DNA of 64,000 nt, taken from assembly GCA_965248435.1 (NCBI GenBank), contig OZ252100.1, forward strand, positions 3,232,001 to 3,296,000. Reading direction: 5' to 3'. Made by a program: the position numbers and the translations under genes. The stretch is from Candidatus Latescibacterota bacterium. GTDB lineage: Bacteria; Latescibacterota; UBA2968; GCA-2709665. The notes under the pieces were generated by a model, which saw only the letters and a list, made by a program, of their open reading frames with translations, searched no databases and was not told the origin of the DNA. Of the stretch, positions 38,527 to 48,514 are shown in pieces; the first letter of the stretch is position 1; the number at the start of each line of letters is the position of its first letter.

Positions 38527-38870
38527 GTCGACGTACTGTCTGCTGATCCTCGCGCTTTCTTTTCACTCTCCGCCCGCAATTTCCCTTCCAGATCTTTCAG
38601 GATTTCCTCCCAGCCTTCCTGTCCTTCTATCGCGAATTCCAGGATATCTCGAGTCACTCCGAAGCGCTTGTATAACTTCTCCCTCTCGGCTGCCAAGCTG
38701 TCCGGGTGGCTGGCGTAGCGTTTCTGGAGCTGGACGACTTCCCAGACCAGGTTTGAAAACTGGTGGTCGGACAGGCTGTTGCCGGGTGGGGGGGGTTCGT
38801 TGCAGGCGTTCGCACCCCAGGTAAGGAGGATGAGAAAGGACGGGAGTAGGATGAAGGAATTTCGGGTCAA
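38520..38870 (-). CDS. Small putative lipoprotein (DUF4296-like helical)
   Basis: Hydrophobic N-terminus ending in ANAC, followed by a helical charged body. The start is uncertain. Confidence 0.55.
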   Translation of the reverse strand: MTRNSFILLPSFLILLTWGANACNEPPPPGNSLSDHQFSNLVWEVVQLQKRYASHPDSLAAEREKLYKRFGVTRDILEFAIEGQEGWEEILKDLEGKLRAESEKKARGSADSTSTH

Positions 38871-39045
38871 GAGTCAAGAGTCCAGAGTCGAGTGCCAAGA
38901 GTAATGGGAAAAGCGGGAGTGTTAGGGTATTGGCGTAATGGAAACCCAAGGCCAAGATACTGGTTTTCCCAATACTCCACCACTCCAGTACTGCATTACT
39001 CCAGAATCGCCTAGCAGGTAGCGTGACGAACAACAATTGACTTAA
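38868..39045. repeat. Dispersed intergenic element, copy A
   Basis: 50 bp at 38960-39009 are identical to 59569-59618. It also has AGAGTC(A/C) heptamers and ACTCCA octamers. Confidence 0.8.
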
Positions 39046-39074
39046 CCGGGAACATACATTCTTCTGTACGCAGA

Positions 39075-42000
39075 TCACTCCAGCCGACGATATAGTTTCA
39101 CGGCTTTGTGGTCCAGGCGGACATCGAAAGCGGTGCGCAGGTGATCCACGTAGGGGCTGCCTGCCGCGTCCTCGTCGTTGATGGTTTCTACGGTGATCTG
39201 CCGGAGTGGCTGGAATTCCCGATAGAGAAGGTGCCGGATGGAGATGAGATACTCCTGGAGGTGCTCGTCTCCCGGCGGGACTTGAAAGGTGAGCCGCTTG
39301 CCGTTTCGCTGGGATAAAACGACGAGCTCTGGACCGTGGTAGACGAGATGCGTTGTGGCGATGCGACTGGGCATCGTACCCTTGAGGGGGTCAAGTTGAA
39401 GACCGCATAGCGAGACCGGATCGGCTGCGTTAATCCAGTAGATCGCCTCCTTCGGGAGTTCGTTCTGCAACATTCGGTAGGCCGCGTGAGAGATGAACTG
39501 AGGACCGGGTATGCCATCGAAGAAGTAACCGGTGAGGACCTCTCCCGAGAGTTCCATCAGCCTAAGCGTCCTGAAGAGTGGGGACCACGACATCCGCGGT
39601 GTCTCCCTGGCGAGCAGCTCTCTGAACAGGATGCCGTATCGGTCCAGGAGCAGCCTCACGCAATCCTTCTTTCTCTCTTCGATTTCAAGCAGGTCCGTAC
39701 TGTTCTCCGTCTGATTGAGCCTATGCCAATTGCCCGAAAAGGGTGCGGAGCGCTTCCAGCTTCTGAATCCCCTGGAAGAAAGGCGTCCTTTCGCTTCGTA
39801 GGATTCAGTTGGATCCAGAACGTCGAATTTGTTCTCGATACCCCGACGCAACGTCGAAAAGGTGTCGTTGGTGACCTGGCCACTCCAGACCGCACTCCAA
39901 AGGCGTTCGGACAGGGCGGATGCGGTCGTCTTTGTCGATCTCAAGAGCGCCTGGAAGGGATAGCGTGCCGACGTATCCGGAAAGAGGTCGTCCACCTCAA
40001 GGGTGGGGGTCTCATCTTTGTCAGATTCTGGATCAAGAACCAGATCCACGTCATCGTCAAAACAGAATGCGACTCGGCGGTTTCCACACCCGACCCACAT
40101 CAAGCCGGATTCCTGCATCAGGTTTTCGAGGTTGGACGTCGAGTAGGGGCTCATCCTCGCGGGCAGGATCTCGGACTCCCAGAGTTCTGCCGCAGCCGGC
40201 AGGCAGAGGAGTTGCTGCAGGCGTTCCGACAGCGCTTCGACGGTCGGCTGCGGATTCGTGATTCCATGATACGCAGCGAAGAACAAAAAGAGGGATCCGA
40301 TGTTGAGGGGCTCGAAGGGAGGCACGGCCTCTGACCGCTTCATCCGCAACAGGACTTCGAAATTTTCACTGTCACAAATCAGGTCGTCCTCCGAACTCAG
40401 GACAAGCCTGCCGGAGACGAGTCTTTCTGAGTCGAAGAGGTCTTCCAGCGCGGGTTGGAGACGCTTCGGTTCGATTCCCAGCGTGTCGCATACGAAGTCG
40501 ATCGAGATCGGTCCATAGAACTGGATCCACTCCGAAAGCAGCGTCGTCAACAATTCATCTGTGCCTTCGGATAGGTCTGTCGCATGTGGGAGCTCGGCCG
40601 ATTCGGGCCCGAATCGACTTAAACGAATACCTTCCGCGTTCTCAAAAAAGCCCTTGAGCAGACGAGGGAACGCTTCGAGCGATACGACAAGGGGTTCCCT
40701 AGCGTCGGGGGCTTCCAGGTAGACGAGCCTCTCCTGTGCTGATTTCAAGATGAGGTCCGCGTCTTCGGCCTGGTCCCGTTTGATCTCTGCTTCCAGCTGT
40801 TCCCACTCGGAGGTGGGAATCGCGACCCGTTCTTTGACCCACTCGACGAGCTCGCGGGCCGTGCCGGGCGGGTATCCGGGAATCAGCCTTTTTCGACTCA
40901 GTTCAAAGCGCTCGACCAGTTCTTTACTGACGGTGGGACGTAGACCCGGCATGAAGACCAGATCTCTGAGCAAACTTCCCTTCAGTCTGGATGTTTTCCC
41001 CGTATCCGGACGGTCGTCTTCATACATGTATTGGTTGATCTGGCCCCAGGATAGATTCTGAGCGAAAGGGCTCGGCTGCTGGGCATGCACCTCACTCCAC
41101 GAAATGGCGCCGGATTCGAGTTCCGAGAGGAGGATCTGAAGGCTGTCCAAGTCGAATTCGTCCTGCAAACAGGTGCGCCACGCCTCGAGCAGGATCGGGA
41201 AATCTTCGTACCGCAGGACCGAATCGAGCAGCTTCTTGGATTTCAGCCGACTCAGCCAGAGCGGCATTCGCTCGTTAAATCTCCTCCGATTCATCAGCAA
41301 CGCCCTGCCCGCGGCCTCCCTGAACCTTGCCCCGAAGAACCCGGACCGCTCAAGTCGGTTCCTCAGGAGGGATTCCAGGGTAGATGGGGTCACGAGTGAA
41401 AGGATCTCTTCGCCGGTCACCTGATGCGGCAATACGAGCACGACCGAGTCGTTCTGCGCGTAGACTTCGAGCTGCAGCCCAAAGCGGCGTTCCCAGGCCG
41501 ATTCGAGTGCCATCCCGAAGGGTCGATTGACCTTCCCACCCCAGAGGGTATGGACGACGACCTGATTGCCCGGGGCGCCGCCGGGACCCGTGGGCATGGT
41601 TTCGACGACCAGGTGGTGTCTGTGTGGCAAACTGCAGCCTGTGACTTCCTTCTGTCTCTTTAGGTGTTCGGTCAGATGGTCGGCCGCTTCGTGGTCCAGA
41701 CAGTGGTCAGTCTGGAGTGACGCGATAAAGTTCGCGTCATCGAGTCGATCGTCTGCCTCTTCCAGGAACAGGGCGATGAGCTCAGAAAAATGGAAATCTC
41801 TGTCCCTGCCTTCGGTCTTCCAAAAGGGCAGGCCGGAAACTCCCGGGTTGCCGGGCGAGACGAATACGTCGTTGTGAGTAATCCGCTGGATTTTCCATTT
41901 CTGACTGCCGAATGCGAACATCTGCCCGACGGAGGCCTCCCATACGAATTCTTCGTCGAGGTCACCGATCAGCGCATTCGAGTCGTTGTGTCGGAGATGG

Positions 42001-43532
42001 AAGTAGCCCCGATCCGGGATCGTTCCGCCGGACATATAGAGGGCCTGCAGCGCACCGGATCTTCCGCTTGCGGTGCTGTCGATTCGATCGATGGAGACGC
42101 GTGGGTTCAGCTCTCTTATCCGGTTCTCGGCGTACCGACCGGCCAGCATGTTCAATACCAGATCGAAGTGCCCCCTCTCCAGTTCGTTGTACGGATGGCT
42201 CGTGCGGAGTCGGTTGAAGAGTTGGTCGATGTCCCACGTTTCGATGCCGACCATGGAGATGATGACCTGGGCGAGAACATCGAGGGGACATCGCAACGGT
42301 TGAATTTTTTCGATGTCACCGGAACGGACCGCTGAGGATAGGACCGCGGCTTCGAGAAGATCCTGATTGTGGGTAGGGAAGATCTCACTCCTGCTGACCT
42401 CTCCCACCCGATGGCCGGACCGGCCGATACGCTGGATCGCCGAAGACACGGAGGGAGGACTCTGAATCAGCACGACTTCGTCCAACGTTCCGATGTCGAT
42501 CCCCAGTTCCAGGGAGTTCGTTGCAACGATCGCCCTCAGCGTCCCTTCCTTCAGCCTTCCTTCCACTTCGGCCCTGATCTCACGCGAGAGAGATCCGTGG
42601 TGTGCATACGCGACGGGATGATTTTCTCCATCGTTGATCTTGAGAGTAAGCTCCTCACAGAGCCTTCTGCTGTTGGCGAAGAGGAGGGTGGAACGATTTC
42701 GATTGATGATCTGTTTGAACTCATCAACGAGCGGACGCCAGACGGGGTCTTCGGCCGTGCGATCCGGCTCCCTGAGCGGGAAGCGGACTTTGACATCGAA
42801 CCGCTTCGTTTCATTCGAGCGGACGATTGAGACTTTCCTTGGGACGTAGGCCGGCGCAACGTGGTCGCCCTCCATCTTGAATCCGCCGATGAAGTCGGAT
42901 ACGCGCTCTGCGGGACGGATGGTCGCGGAGAGCGCGATGCGCTGGAATTCCCCGCAGAGCGGTACGAGTCGGTCGACGGCCGTGATCAGGTGAACGCCGC
43001 GCTTGGCGCCTACCACGGAGTGGATTTCGTCGAGTATGACGGTTGAGATCTGGGTGAGGAAAGATCTCCCTCCCCGAGAGCTCAGGAGCAGGTTCAGACT
43101 TTCAGGGGTCGTGATCAGAATTTCGGGGGGATGGCGCTGCATCCGCTGACGTTCGGATTGCGGCGTGTCGCCGCTTCGTGTGAGCACACGAAGCGCGGGG
43201 AAAGGCTCACCGGCAGATTCGAAGCGGTCCTGGAGCTCCGCGATGGGTCGAAGGAGATTTCTCTGGATGTCGTTGTTGAGCGCCTTGAGCGGGGAGACGT
43301 AGAGCACCTTCGTTTGACCGGTTGACCAGTGGGCCGTTGCGAATTGGTCGATCGCCCAAAGAAAGGCTGTGAGCGTCTTACCGCTTCCGGTGGGGGCGGT
43401 AACGAGGACGTTCCCACCCTTCGCAATCTCCGGCCAGGCGCGCGCCTGTAGATCGGTTGGCTCACCGACGCGGCTCAGAAACCAGTCGGCAACGGTAGGA
43501 TGAAACAGCGACAGACTGTTGTATGAACTCAT
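39075..43532 (-). CDS. lhr: Lhr family SF2 helicase, full length with C-terminal extension
   Basis: Motifs APTGSGKT, SPLKALNNDI, ITTPESL, DEIH, LSAT, HHGSL, LELGIDIG, QRIGRSGH, GGTIPDRG, LL.RYGILFR, ADP. Confidence 0.92.
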   Translation of the reverse strand: MSSYNSLSLFHPTVADWFLSRVGEPTDLQARAWPEIAKGGNVLVTAPTGSGKTLTAFLWAIDQFATAHWSTGQTKVLYVSPLKALNNDIQRNLLRPIAELQDRFESAGEPFPALRVLTRSGDTPQSERQRMQRHPPEILITTPESLNLLLSSRGGRSFLTQISTVILDEIHSVVGAKRGVHLITAVDRLVPLCGEFQRIALSATIRPAERVSDFIGGFKMEGDHVAPAYVPRKVSIVRSNETKRFDVKVRFPLREPDRTAEDPVWRPLVDEFKQIINRNRSTLLFANSRRLCEELTLKINDGENHPVAYAHHGSLSREIRAEVEGRLKEGTLRAIVATNSLELGIDIGTLDEVVLIQSPPSVSSAIQRIGRSGHRVGEVSRSEIFPTHNQDLLEAAVLSSAVRSGDIEKIQPLRCPLDVLAQVIISMVGIETWDIDQLFNRLRTSHPYNELERGHFDLVLNMLAGRYAENRIRELNPRVSIDRIDSTASGRSGALQALYMSGGTIPDRGYFHLRHNDSNALIGDLDEEFVWEASVGQMFAFGSQKWKIQRITHNDVFVSPGNPGVSGLPFWKTEGRDRDFHFSELIALFLEEADDRLDDANFIASLQTDHCLDHEAADHLTEHLKRQKEVTGCSLPHRHHLVVETMPTGPGGAPGNQVVVHTLWGGKVNRPFGMALESAWERRFGLQLEVYAQNDSVVLVLPHQVTGEEILSLVTPSTLESLLRNRLERSGFFGARFREAAGRALLMNRRRFNERMPLWLSRLKSKKLLDSVLRYEDFPILLEAWRTCLQDEFDLDSLQILLSELESGAISWSEVHAQQPSPFAQNLSWGQINQYMYEDDRPDTGKTSRLKGSLLRDLVFMPGLRPTVSKELVERFELSRKRLIPGYPPGTARELVEWVKERVAIPTSEWEQLEAEIKRDQAEDADLILKSAQERLVYLEAPDAREPLVVSLEAFPRLLKGFFENAEGIRLSRFGPESAELPHATDLSEGTDELLTTLLSEWIQFYGPISIDFVCDTLGIEPKRLQPALEDLFDSERLVSGRLVLSSEDDLICDSENFEVLLRMKRSEAVPPFEPLNIGSLFLFFAAYHGITNPQPTVEALSERLQQLLCLPAAAELWESEILPARMSPYSTSNLENLMQESGLMWVGCGNRRVAFCFDDDVDLVLDPESDKDETPTLEVDDLFPDTSARYPFQALLRSTKTTASALSERLWSAVWSGQVTNDTFSTLRRGIENKFDVLDPTESYEAKGRLSSRGFRSWKRSAPFSGNWHRLNQTENSTDLLEIEERKKDCVRLLLDRYGILFRELLARETPRMSWSPLFRTLRLMELSGEVLTGYFFDGIPGPQFISHAAYRMLQNELPKEAIYWINAADPVSLCGLQLDPLKGTMPSRIATTHLVYHGPELVVLSQRNGKRLTFQVPPGDEHLQEYLISIRHLLYREFQPLRQITVETINDEDAAGSPYVDHLRTAFDVRLDHKAVKLYRRLE

Positions 43533-43580
43533 TGTTCGTGGAGGGGTATTTGTCTAGATTTTATCGATAATAGTACGGTT

Positions 43581-44786
43581 GTGACGAAAGGGAGAAGCAC
43601 AATTTTGGGCCCCCGAAAGATTATCCATCTAGACCTGGACGCCTTCTTTTGCGCGGTCGAGGAGCAATATGATCCCTCATTGGGGGGTAAACCGTTCGCG
43701 GTGGGAGGACGTCCCGAAGGCCGCGGGGTAGTGGCGTCCTGCTCCTACGCCGCCCGAAAGTTCGGTATTCATTCGGCGATGCCCATGGCCAGGGCGGTCA
43801 AGTTGTGTCCGGGTCTGATCATCGTCTCAAGCCGACACGGCGAGTACGGAAGGGTTTCCAGGAAGGTTATGGAAAGGCTCACCACCCTGACGCCTCTTGT
43901 TGAGCCGATCTCGATCGACGAGGCCTTCCTGGATGCATCTTCGGACCCAAGACCGGGCGAGGAGATCGCTCGGGAGCTCCAGAATTCCATCAGGGAGGCG
44001 TTTAAGCTGCCGAATTCTCTTGGAGTCGCCTCCAACAAGATGGTCGCAAAGATTGCCAATAACATCGGTAAGTCGTCCGCAAAGACGAACGGTCCGCCGA
44101 ACGCGATTATGGTCGTTCCGCCAGGAGAGGAAGCGGCTTTCCTGGCACCCCTGCCCGTTCGCGCCCTTTGGGGCGTGGGCCCCAGGACGGCTGACCTCCT
44201 GGAAGGCCTCGGAATTCGTCTGGTTCGCGACCTGCTCGAAAGACCCGAGGCGGAGCTGATCCGGCATCTTGGGGTCTACGGAGGCCATCTGGTTCGTTAT
44301 GCCAGAGGGATCGACGACAGCGTCGTTGAAGCCGATAGAGAGACGAAATCAGTGAGCAAGGAAACGACGTTTGCTCAGGACGTGCTCGATCCTGAAGTCA
44401 TGCAGGCAACGCTGCTTTCACTTTCGGAAGGTGTGGGCCGCGGACTCCGCAGCGAAGGCATGACGTGTCGCACGATCTCTCTAAAGTATCGTCTTTCCGA
44501 TTTTTCGACACTGTCCCGCCAGATGACCCTAAAAGCGCCGACGGACCTCGACAACATTATCTATGACTGTGCCAAGCAGCTTCTCAAGCAGGTGTGGCAA
44601 CGTGGCCAAAGGGTCCGTCTTCTGGGCGTGAGTGCGAGCAGACTCAGCCTCGAGGAACGTCAACTGAGTCTTTGGAAAACGAATGTGGAAAAGGATGAAC
44701 GCGTTCAGAGGACGATCGACTCGCTGAGGGACAAATTCGGGCTTTCCGCGCTTCGATGGGGAAAGGCCCTGAAAGGAGAGGATTGA
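43581..44786 (+). CDS. dinB: DNA polymerase IV
   Basis: Motifs IIHLDLDAFFCAVE, SCSYAARKFG, SIDEAFLD, LWGVG, KSVSKETTF, RLLGV, QLSLW clamp motif. Confidence 0.95.
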   Translation: MTKGRSTILGPRKIIHLDLDAFFCAVEEQYDPSLGGKPFAVGGRPEGRGVVASCSYAARKFGIHSAMPMARAVKLCPGLIIVSSRHGEYGRVSRKVMERLTTLTPLVEPISIDEAFLDASSDPRPGEEIARELQNSIREAFKLPNSLGVASNKMVAKIANNIGKSSAKTNGPPNAIMVVPPGEEAAFLAPLPVRALWGVGPRTADLLEGLGIRLVRDLLERPEAELIRHLGVYGGHLVRYARGIDDSVVEADRETKSVSKETTFAQDVLDPEVMQATLLSLSEGVGRGLRSEGMTCRTISLKYRLSDFSTLSRQMTLKAPTDLDNIIYDCAKQLLKQVWQRGQRVRLLGVSASRLSLEERQLSLWKTNVEKDERVQRTIDSLRDKFGLSALRWGKALKGED

Positions 44787-44795
44787 TCGCCGGGT

Positions 44796-47549
44796 CTAGT
44801 GTGCGTCCAGCCAGTTTTCCCCGAAGCCAATCTCCACGACGATCGGGACCTTCAGCGGGATCGCGTTCAGCATTGCGTCTTTGACCAACGGCGCTACGGT
44901 ATCGCCCTCGCCCTTGTGCAGATCGAAAACGAGCTCGTCGTGTACCTGAAGCAGCATTTTTGTTTTGAGGTCGCGTTCCCCGAGGGCCCTATGGATATTG
45001 ACCATCGCAATCTTGATCATGTCCGCAGCTGAACCCTGTATCGGAGAGTTGATGGCGTTGCGTTCGGCAGCATTTCGCGCGGGGGCGTTGCGTGAATGAA
45101 TATCGTGGATGTATCGGCGCCGTCCCGTCATGGTCTCCACGAATCCGTGTTCCCTCGCAAATTCGACCGTCCGATCCATGTAGTCCCGGACGCCCGGATA
45201 CTGTTCAAAGTAGTGCTCGATCAAGCTCGCTCCTTCGGCACGACTGATGTCCAACCGGTCGGCCAGACCAAAGGCGGAGATTCCATAGATGATGCCGAAG
45301 TTGACGGTTTTGGCCTTTCGCCGCATTTCGGCAGTAACCTGTTCAGCGTCCACATCATAGATCTTCATGGACGTGGTCGTGTGGATGTCCTCTCCGTCTT
45401 CAAATCCTCTCAGCATCCCTTTATCCCCGCTCAGTTCCGCAGAGATCCGCAGCTCGATCTGTGAATAGTCCGCAGACATGAGTGTAAAGTCTTCGTTTTT
45501 CGCCACGAAGGCCTTTCGAATTTCCCGGCCCTGCTCACCCCGAATGGGGATGTTCTGGAGGTTGGGGTTACTGGACTGCATCCTCCCGGTCGCTGTGACG
45601 GCCTGTTCGTATGTGGTGTGCACGCGACCGGTCTCCGGGAAGACGGCCCCAGGCAGCATGTCCAGGTAGGTGGATTTGAGCTTCGTGCATTCCCGGTACT
45701 CAAGCACTCTTTGGGCGATCTCGTGCCGGTTGGCCAAACGGGTTAACACACGTTCATTCGTCTGATACTGTTTTGTCTTCTGCGTACGCCTCGCCTTCGG
45801 GTCGAGCTGGAGCTTTTCGAAGAAGATGGTACCCATCTGTTTTGGCGAGTTGAGATTGAACTCTTCGCCCGCGAGTTCGAATATCCTTTTCGCGGTCTCC
45901 TCAATCTCCTGTCCCAGGTCCTGGGAAAGGGTCTTCAGGACCTCCACGTCGAGGCGAATGCCGCTGTGTTCCATGTCCACCAGGACCGGGATGAGGGGGC
46001 TCTCCACCTCGTGGAAGACCTTCTCCTGATTCATCTCCTTAATTTTGGATTGCAGTATTTTCCAAAGTTGAAGCGTGATGTCGGCATCTTCCGCGGCGTA
46101 ATCTGCTACCCGGTCGGGCGCTACATCGCGCATGCTCAGTTGCTCTTTCCCCTTTTCTCCGATCAGATCAGAAATGGGCATGGGCCGATACTGGAGCAGG
46201 GTCTGAGAGAGGGAATCCAGGTTTCGACGGAGATCGGGCACTGCCAGGTGAGCTGCAACCAGCGTGTCGTAGAGGGGCCCTTCGACTTTCAGACCGTGCC
46301 AGAATAGGGCACTCAAATCGAATTTAAGATTGTGGCCAATTTTTGCTATGGAGGAGTTTGACAGGGGTTCGCCGAACTCTTCGAGAATTTCGATTGCTCC
46401 ATCCCGATCTTCAGGAAGCGGCACATAGAATCCTGTATGAGGTTTGAATGAGAAGGCGAGACCCACCAGACCGCAGGCCTTCGCGTCCAGCTCCGTAGTT
46501 TCTATATCGAAGCAAAATTCCTTCTGCTTGCAAAGTTCTCGGACGAGGCCCTGTCGTTCTTTTAGCGAATCGACGAGTCTGTAATCGTGAGGCAAATCTT
46601 GAATCGTTTTCAAATTGTCCGGAGTTTCGTCCTCTGCAGCGGCAGTGACGTCCGCCTCGAAATCATTCCCGAACAACCGCTTTCCAATAACCTTAAACTC
46701 GAGTTCCTTGAACAGGCTCTTTAAGGCGCTCTCGTTCCAGTCCTTCAGTTTAAGATCCTTCGGTTTCAAATCCAAAGGCACCTGTTGTTCGATGGTGACG
46801 AGGCTCTTGGATAACAGTGCCTGTTCTCGATACGTGGAGAGGTTCTCCTTCTGTTTCCCCTTCAGATCGTCGATGTGATCCAACAGATTTTCAACACTTC
46901 CATACTCCCCGATGAGCTTTTGCGCCGTTTTCTCCCCGATTCCGGGTACTCCGGGTATGTTGTCGCTGGTGTCGCCGGTGAGCCCAAGGATATCGATCAC
47001 CTGCTCCACTTTGTCGATTTTCCACTTTTCCAGAATCTCGTTTATACCCTGTATTTCCAGACCGCTGCTGGTCCGCCCGGGTTTGCAGATGACGGTTCTC
47101 TCCGAAACGAGCTGGCCGAAATCCTTGTCCGGTGTCACCATGAAGGTGCTGAAGTCCTCTTCTTCGGCCTGCTTGGCGAGGGTGCCGATGACATCATCCG
47201 CTTCCCATCCCGGGACTCTGATGACGTTCAGGTTGAAGGCCTCGCAGAGTCTGAAGAGATAGGGAAGCGCAACGCTCAAATCCTCCGGCATTGCCGCTCG
47301 CTGGGCCTTGTATTCGGGGAAGATCCGATGGCGGTGGGTAGGCTCTGGGGTATCGAAGACGGCAGCCAGGTGAGTCGGTTTCGCATTCAGCAGGATGTCC
47401 AGCAGGGTGTTCGTGAAGACGAAGACGGTGGCTGTGTTCATTCCGGTGGAAGTTGTGGGCGGATTTCTCATCATGGCGTAGTGACTGCGATACGCCAGCG
47501 CCATTCCATCCAGAAGAAACAGTTTTTTCTTAGCGTTCATCATTGACAC
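44796..47549 (-). CDS. polA: DNA polymerase I
   Basis: 5'-3' exonuclease (LLDG, EADD, PDKD), 3'-5' exonuclease (FDIET, HNLKFD, YAAEDA), and polymerase (DYSQIELR, K..NFG..YG, QVHDE). Confidence 0.97.
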   Translation of the reverse strand: MSMMNAKKKLFLLDGMALAYRSHYAMMRNPPTTSTGMNTATVFVFTNTLLDILLNAKPTHLAAVFDTPEPTHRHRIFPEYKAQRAAMPEDLSVALPYLFRLCEAFNLNVIRVPGWEADDVIGTLAKQAEEEDFSTFMVTPDKDFGQLVSERTVICKPGRTSSGLEIQGINEILEKWKIDKVEQVIDILGLTGDTSDNIPGVPGIGEKTAQKLIGEYGSVENLLDHIDDLKGKQKENLSTYREQALLSKSLVTIEQQVPLDLKPKDLKLKDWNESALKSLFKELEFKVIGKRLFGNDFEADVTAAAEDETPDNLKTIQDLPHDYRLVDSLKERQGLVRELCKQKEFCFDIETTELDAKACGLVGLAFSFKPHTGFYVPLPEDRDGAIEILEEFGEPLSNSSIAKIGHNLKFDLSALFWHGLKVEGPLYDTLVAAHLAVPDLRRNLDSLSQTLLQYRPMPISDLIGEKGKEQLSMRDVAPDRVADYAAEDADITLQLWKILQSKIKEMNQEKVFHEVESPLIPVLVDMEHSGIRLDVEVLKTLSQDLGQEIEETAKRIFELAGEEFNLNSPKQMGTIFFEKLQLDPKARRTQKTKQYQTNERVLTRLANRHEIAQRVLEYRECTKLKSTYLDMLPGAVFPETGRVHTTYEQAVTATGRMQSSNPNLQNIPIRGEQGREIRKAFVAKNEDFTLMSADYSQIELRISAELSGDKGMLRGFEDGEDIHTTTSMKIYDVDAEQVTAEMRRKAKTVNFGIIYGISAFGLADRLDISRAEGASLIEHYFEQYPGVRDYMDRTVEFAREHGFVETMTGRRRYIHDIHSRNAPARNAAERNAINSPIQGSAADMIKIAMVNIHRALGERDLKTKMLLQVHDELVFDLHKGEGDTVAPLVKDAMLNAIPLKVPIVVEIGFGENWLDAH

Positions 47550-47563
47550 CCAGCCTGCAAAGT

Positions 47564-48046
47564 TCAGGTAAATTCATCGCTTGCTGCCCATTTTGCATAC
47601 CTTGTCAAATTCTTTACGGGTGACGGGTTGGAGAGGCGCTGACCCCTCTGAACGACTTTCATGTCTTTTAGTTCACGTGTCTCTTTCAACTCGTGAAGGG
47701 AGACGAATCGTTTGAATGCCTTCTTCCATTTGACTTCGACCATGAACCAGACGGGATTGTCCTTTGTGGTCTTGGGGTCGAAGTGCTTATCTTTAGGGTC
47801 CCAGGCGGTATGGTCGGGGTAGGCTTCCTTAACGACCTCAGCGATTCCGACAACCCCTGGAGGGTCACAGTTGGAGTGGTAAAACAGGACAAGATCCCCC
47901 TTCTTCATCTCGTTGCGCATGAAGTTCCGGGCCTGGTAGTTACGTACGCCGTCCCAATGCGCCGTTGAATCGGGCTCCACTTTGAGATCATCGAAAGAGA
48001 ACTCATTGGGTTCTGATTTCATCAGCCAGTACTTTTTCGGCATCAT
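47564..48046 (-). CDS. EVE domain protein (C-terminus frameshifted)
   Basis: Motifs YWLMKSEP, WDGVRNYQARNF, FYHS, DPK...P.W..V, RGQRLS. The expected QPV..EF tail lies in another frame. Confidence 0.88.
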   Translation of the reverse strand: MMPKKYWLMKSEPNEFSFDDLKVEPDSTAHWDGVRNYQARNFMRNEMKKGDLVLFYHSNCDPPGVVGIAEVVKEAYPDHTAWDPKDKHFDPKTTKDNPVWFMVEVKWKKAFKRFVSLHELKETRELKDMKVVQRGQRLSNPSPVKNLTRYAKWAASDEFT

Positions 48047-48052
48047 TTTCTC

Positions 48053-48496
48053 CTACTGACTTTGGATTTCCGCCACCCCTGGGGCCCACAGGGTCAGGAT
48101 CAGGCCCATGAGGATGAGGTAGGCCAGTTGGTAGCCAGAATCGATCAGATAGGCCGAGATCTTGTCTTGCGAAAACATGTTTCCGGTGAGCCCAATCGTC
48201 GCAGCAAAACCCACCCAGATGAGAATACCCAGACCGATACCCTGAATGGGTGTAGATACACCCGTAAATGAAACGAGCGCGGAGAACGCGACGGCCATAA
48301 AAATGTAACAAAGGAAGGAGACCAGGTAGGCTCGATTTACGCTCTGTTTCATGGCCTCGAGCTGGGATTCGGAATGGCCGCGAGTCTTCATCCAGAGCTT
48401 TCCAAACAGGATGGGTGAATACCATAGGCCTCCGAGAACGAACGTGGCGATCGCAGAAACGAGCACTGCCCAGGCGTTGATTTCGACTGGATTCAA
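48053..48496 (-). CDS. DUF1761 family membrane protein
   Basis: IN.WAVLV.AIA.FVLGGLWYSP.LFGK.W, four TM segments, LIDSGY. Confidence 0.85.
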   Translation of the reverse strand: MNPVEINAWAVLVSAIATFVLGGLWYSPILFGKLWMKTRGHSESQLEAMKQSVNRAYLVSFLCYIFMAVAFSALVSFTGVSTPIQGIGLGILIWVGFAATIGLTGNMFSQDKISAYLIDSGYQLAYLILMGLILTLWAPGVAEIQSQ

Positions 48497-48514
48497 GACG
48501 GGCCTCCTTTCTTC

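Noticed and set aside
39038-39062. TTGACT plus GAACATACATTC resembling a promoter with a Gram-positive LexA box
   Set aside because: The match is imperfect, it lies at the 3' end of lhr pointing antisense, and it is partly within the dispersed repeat tail.
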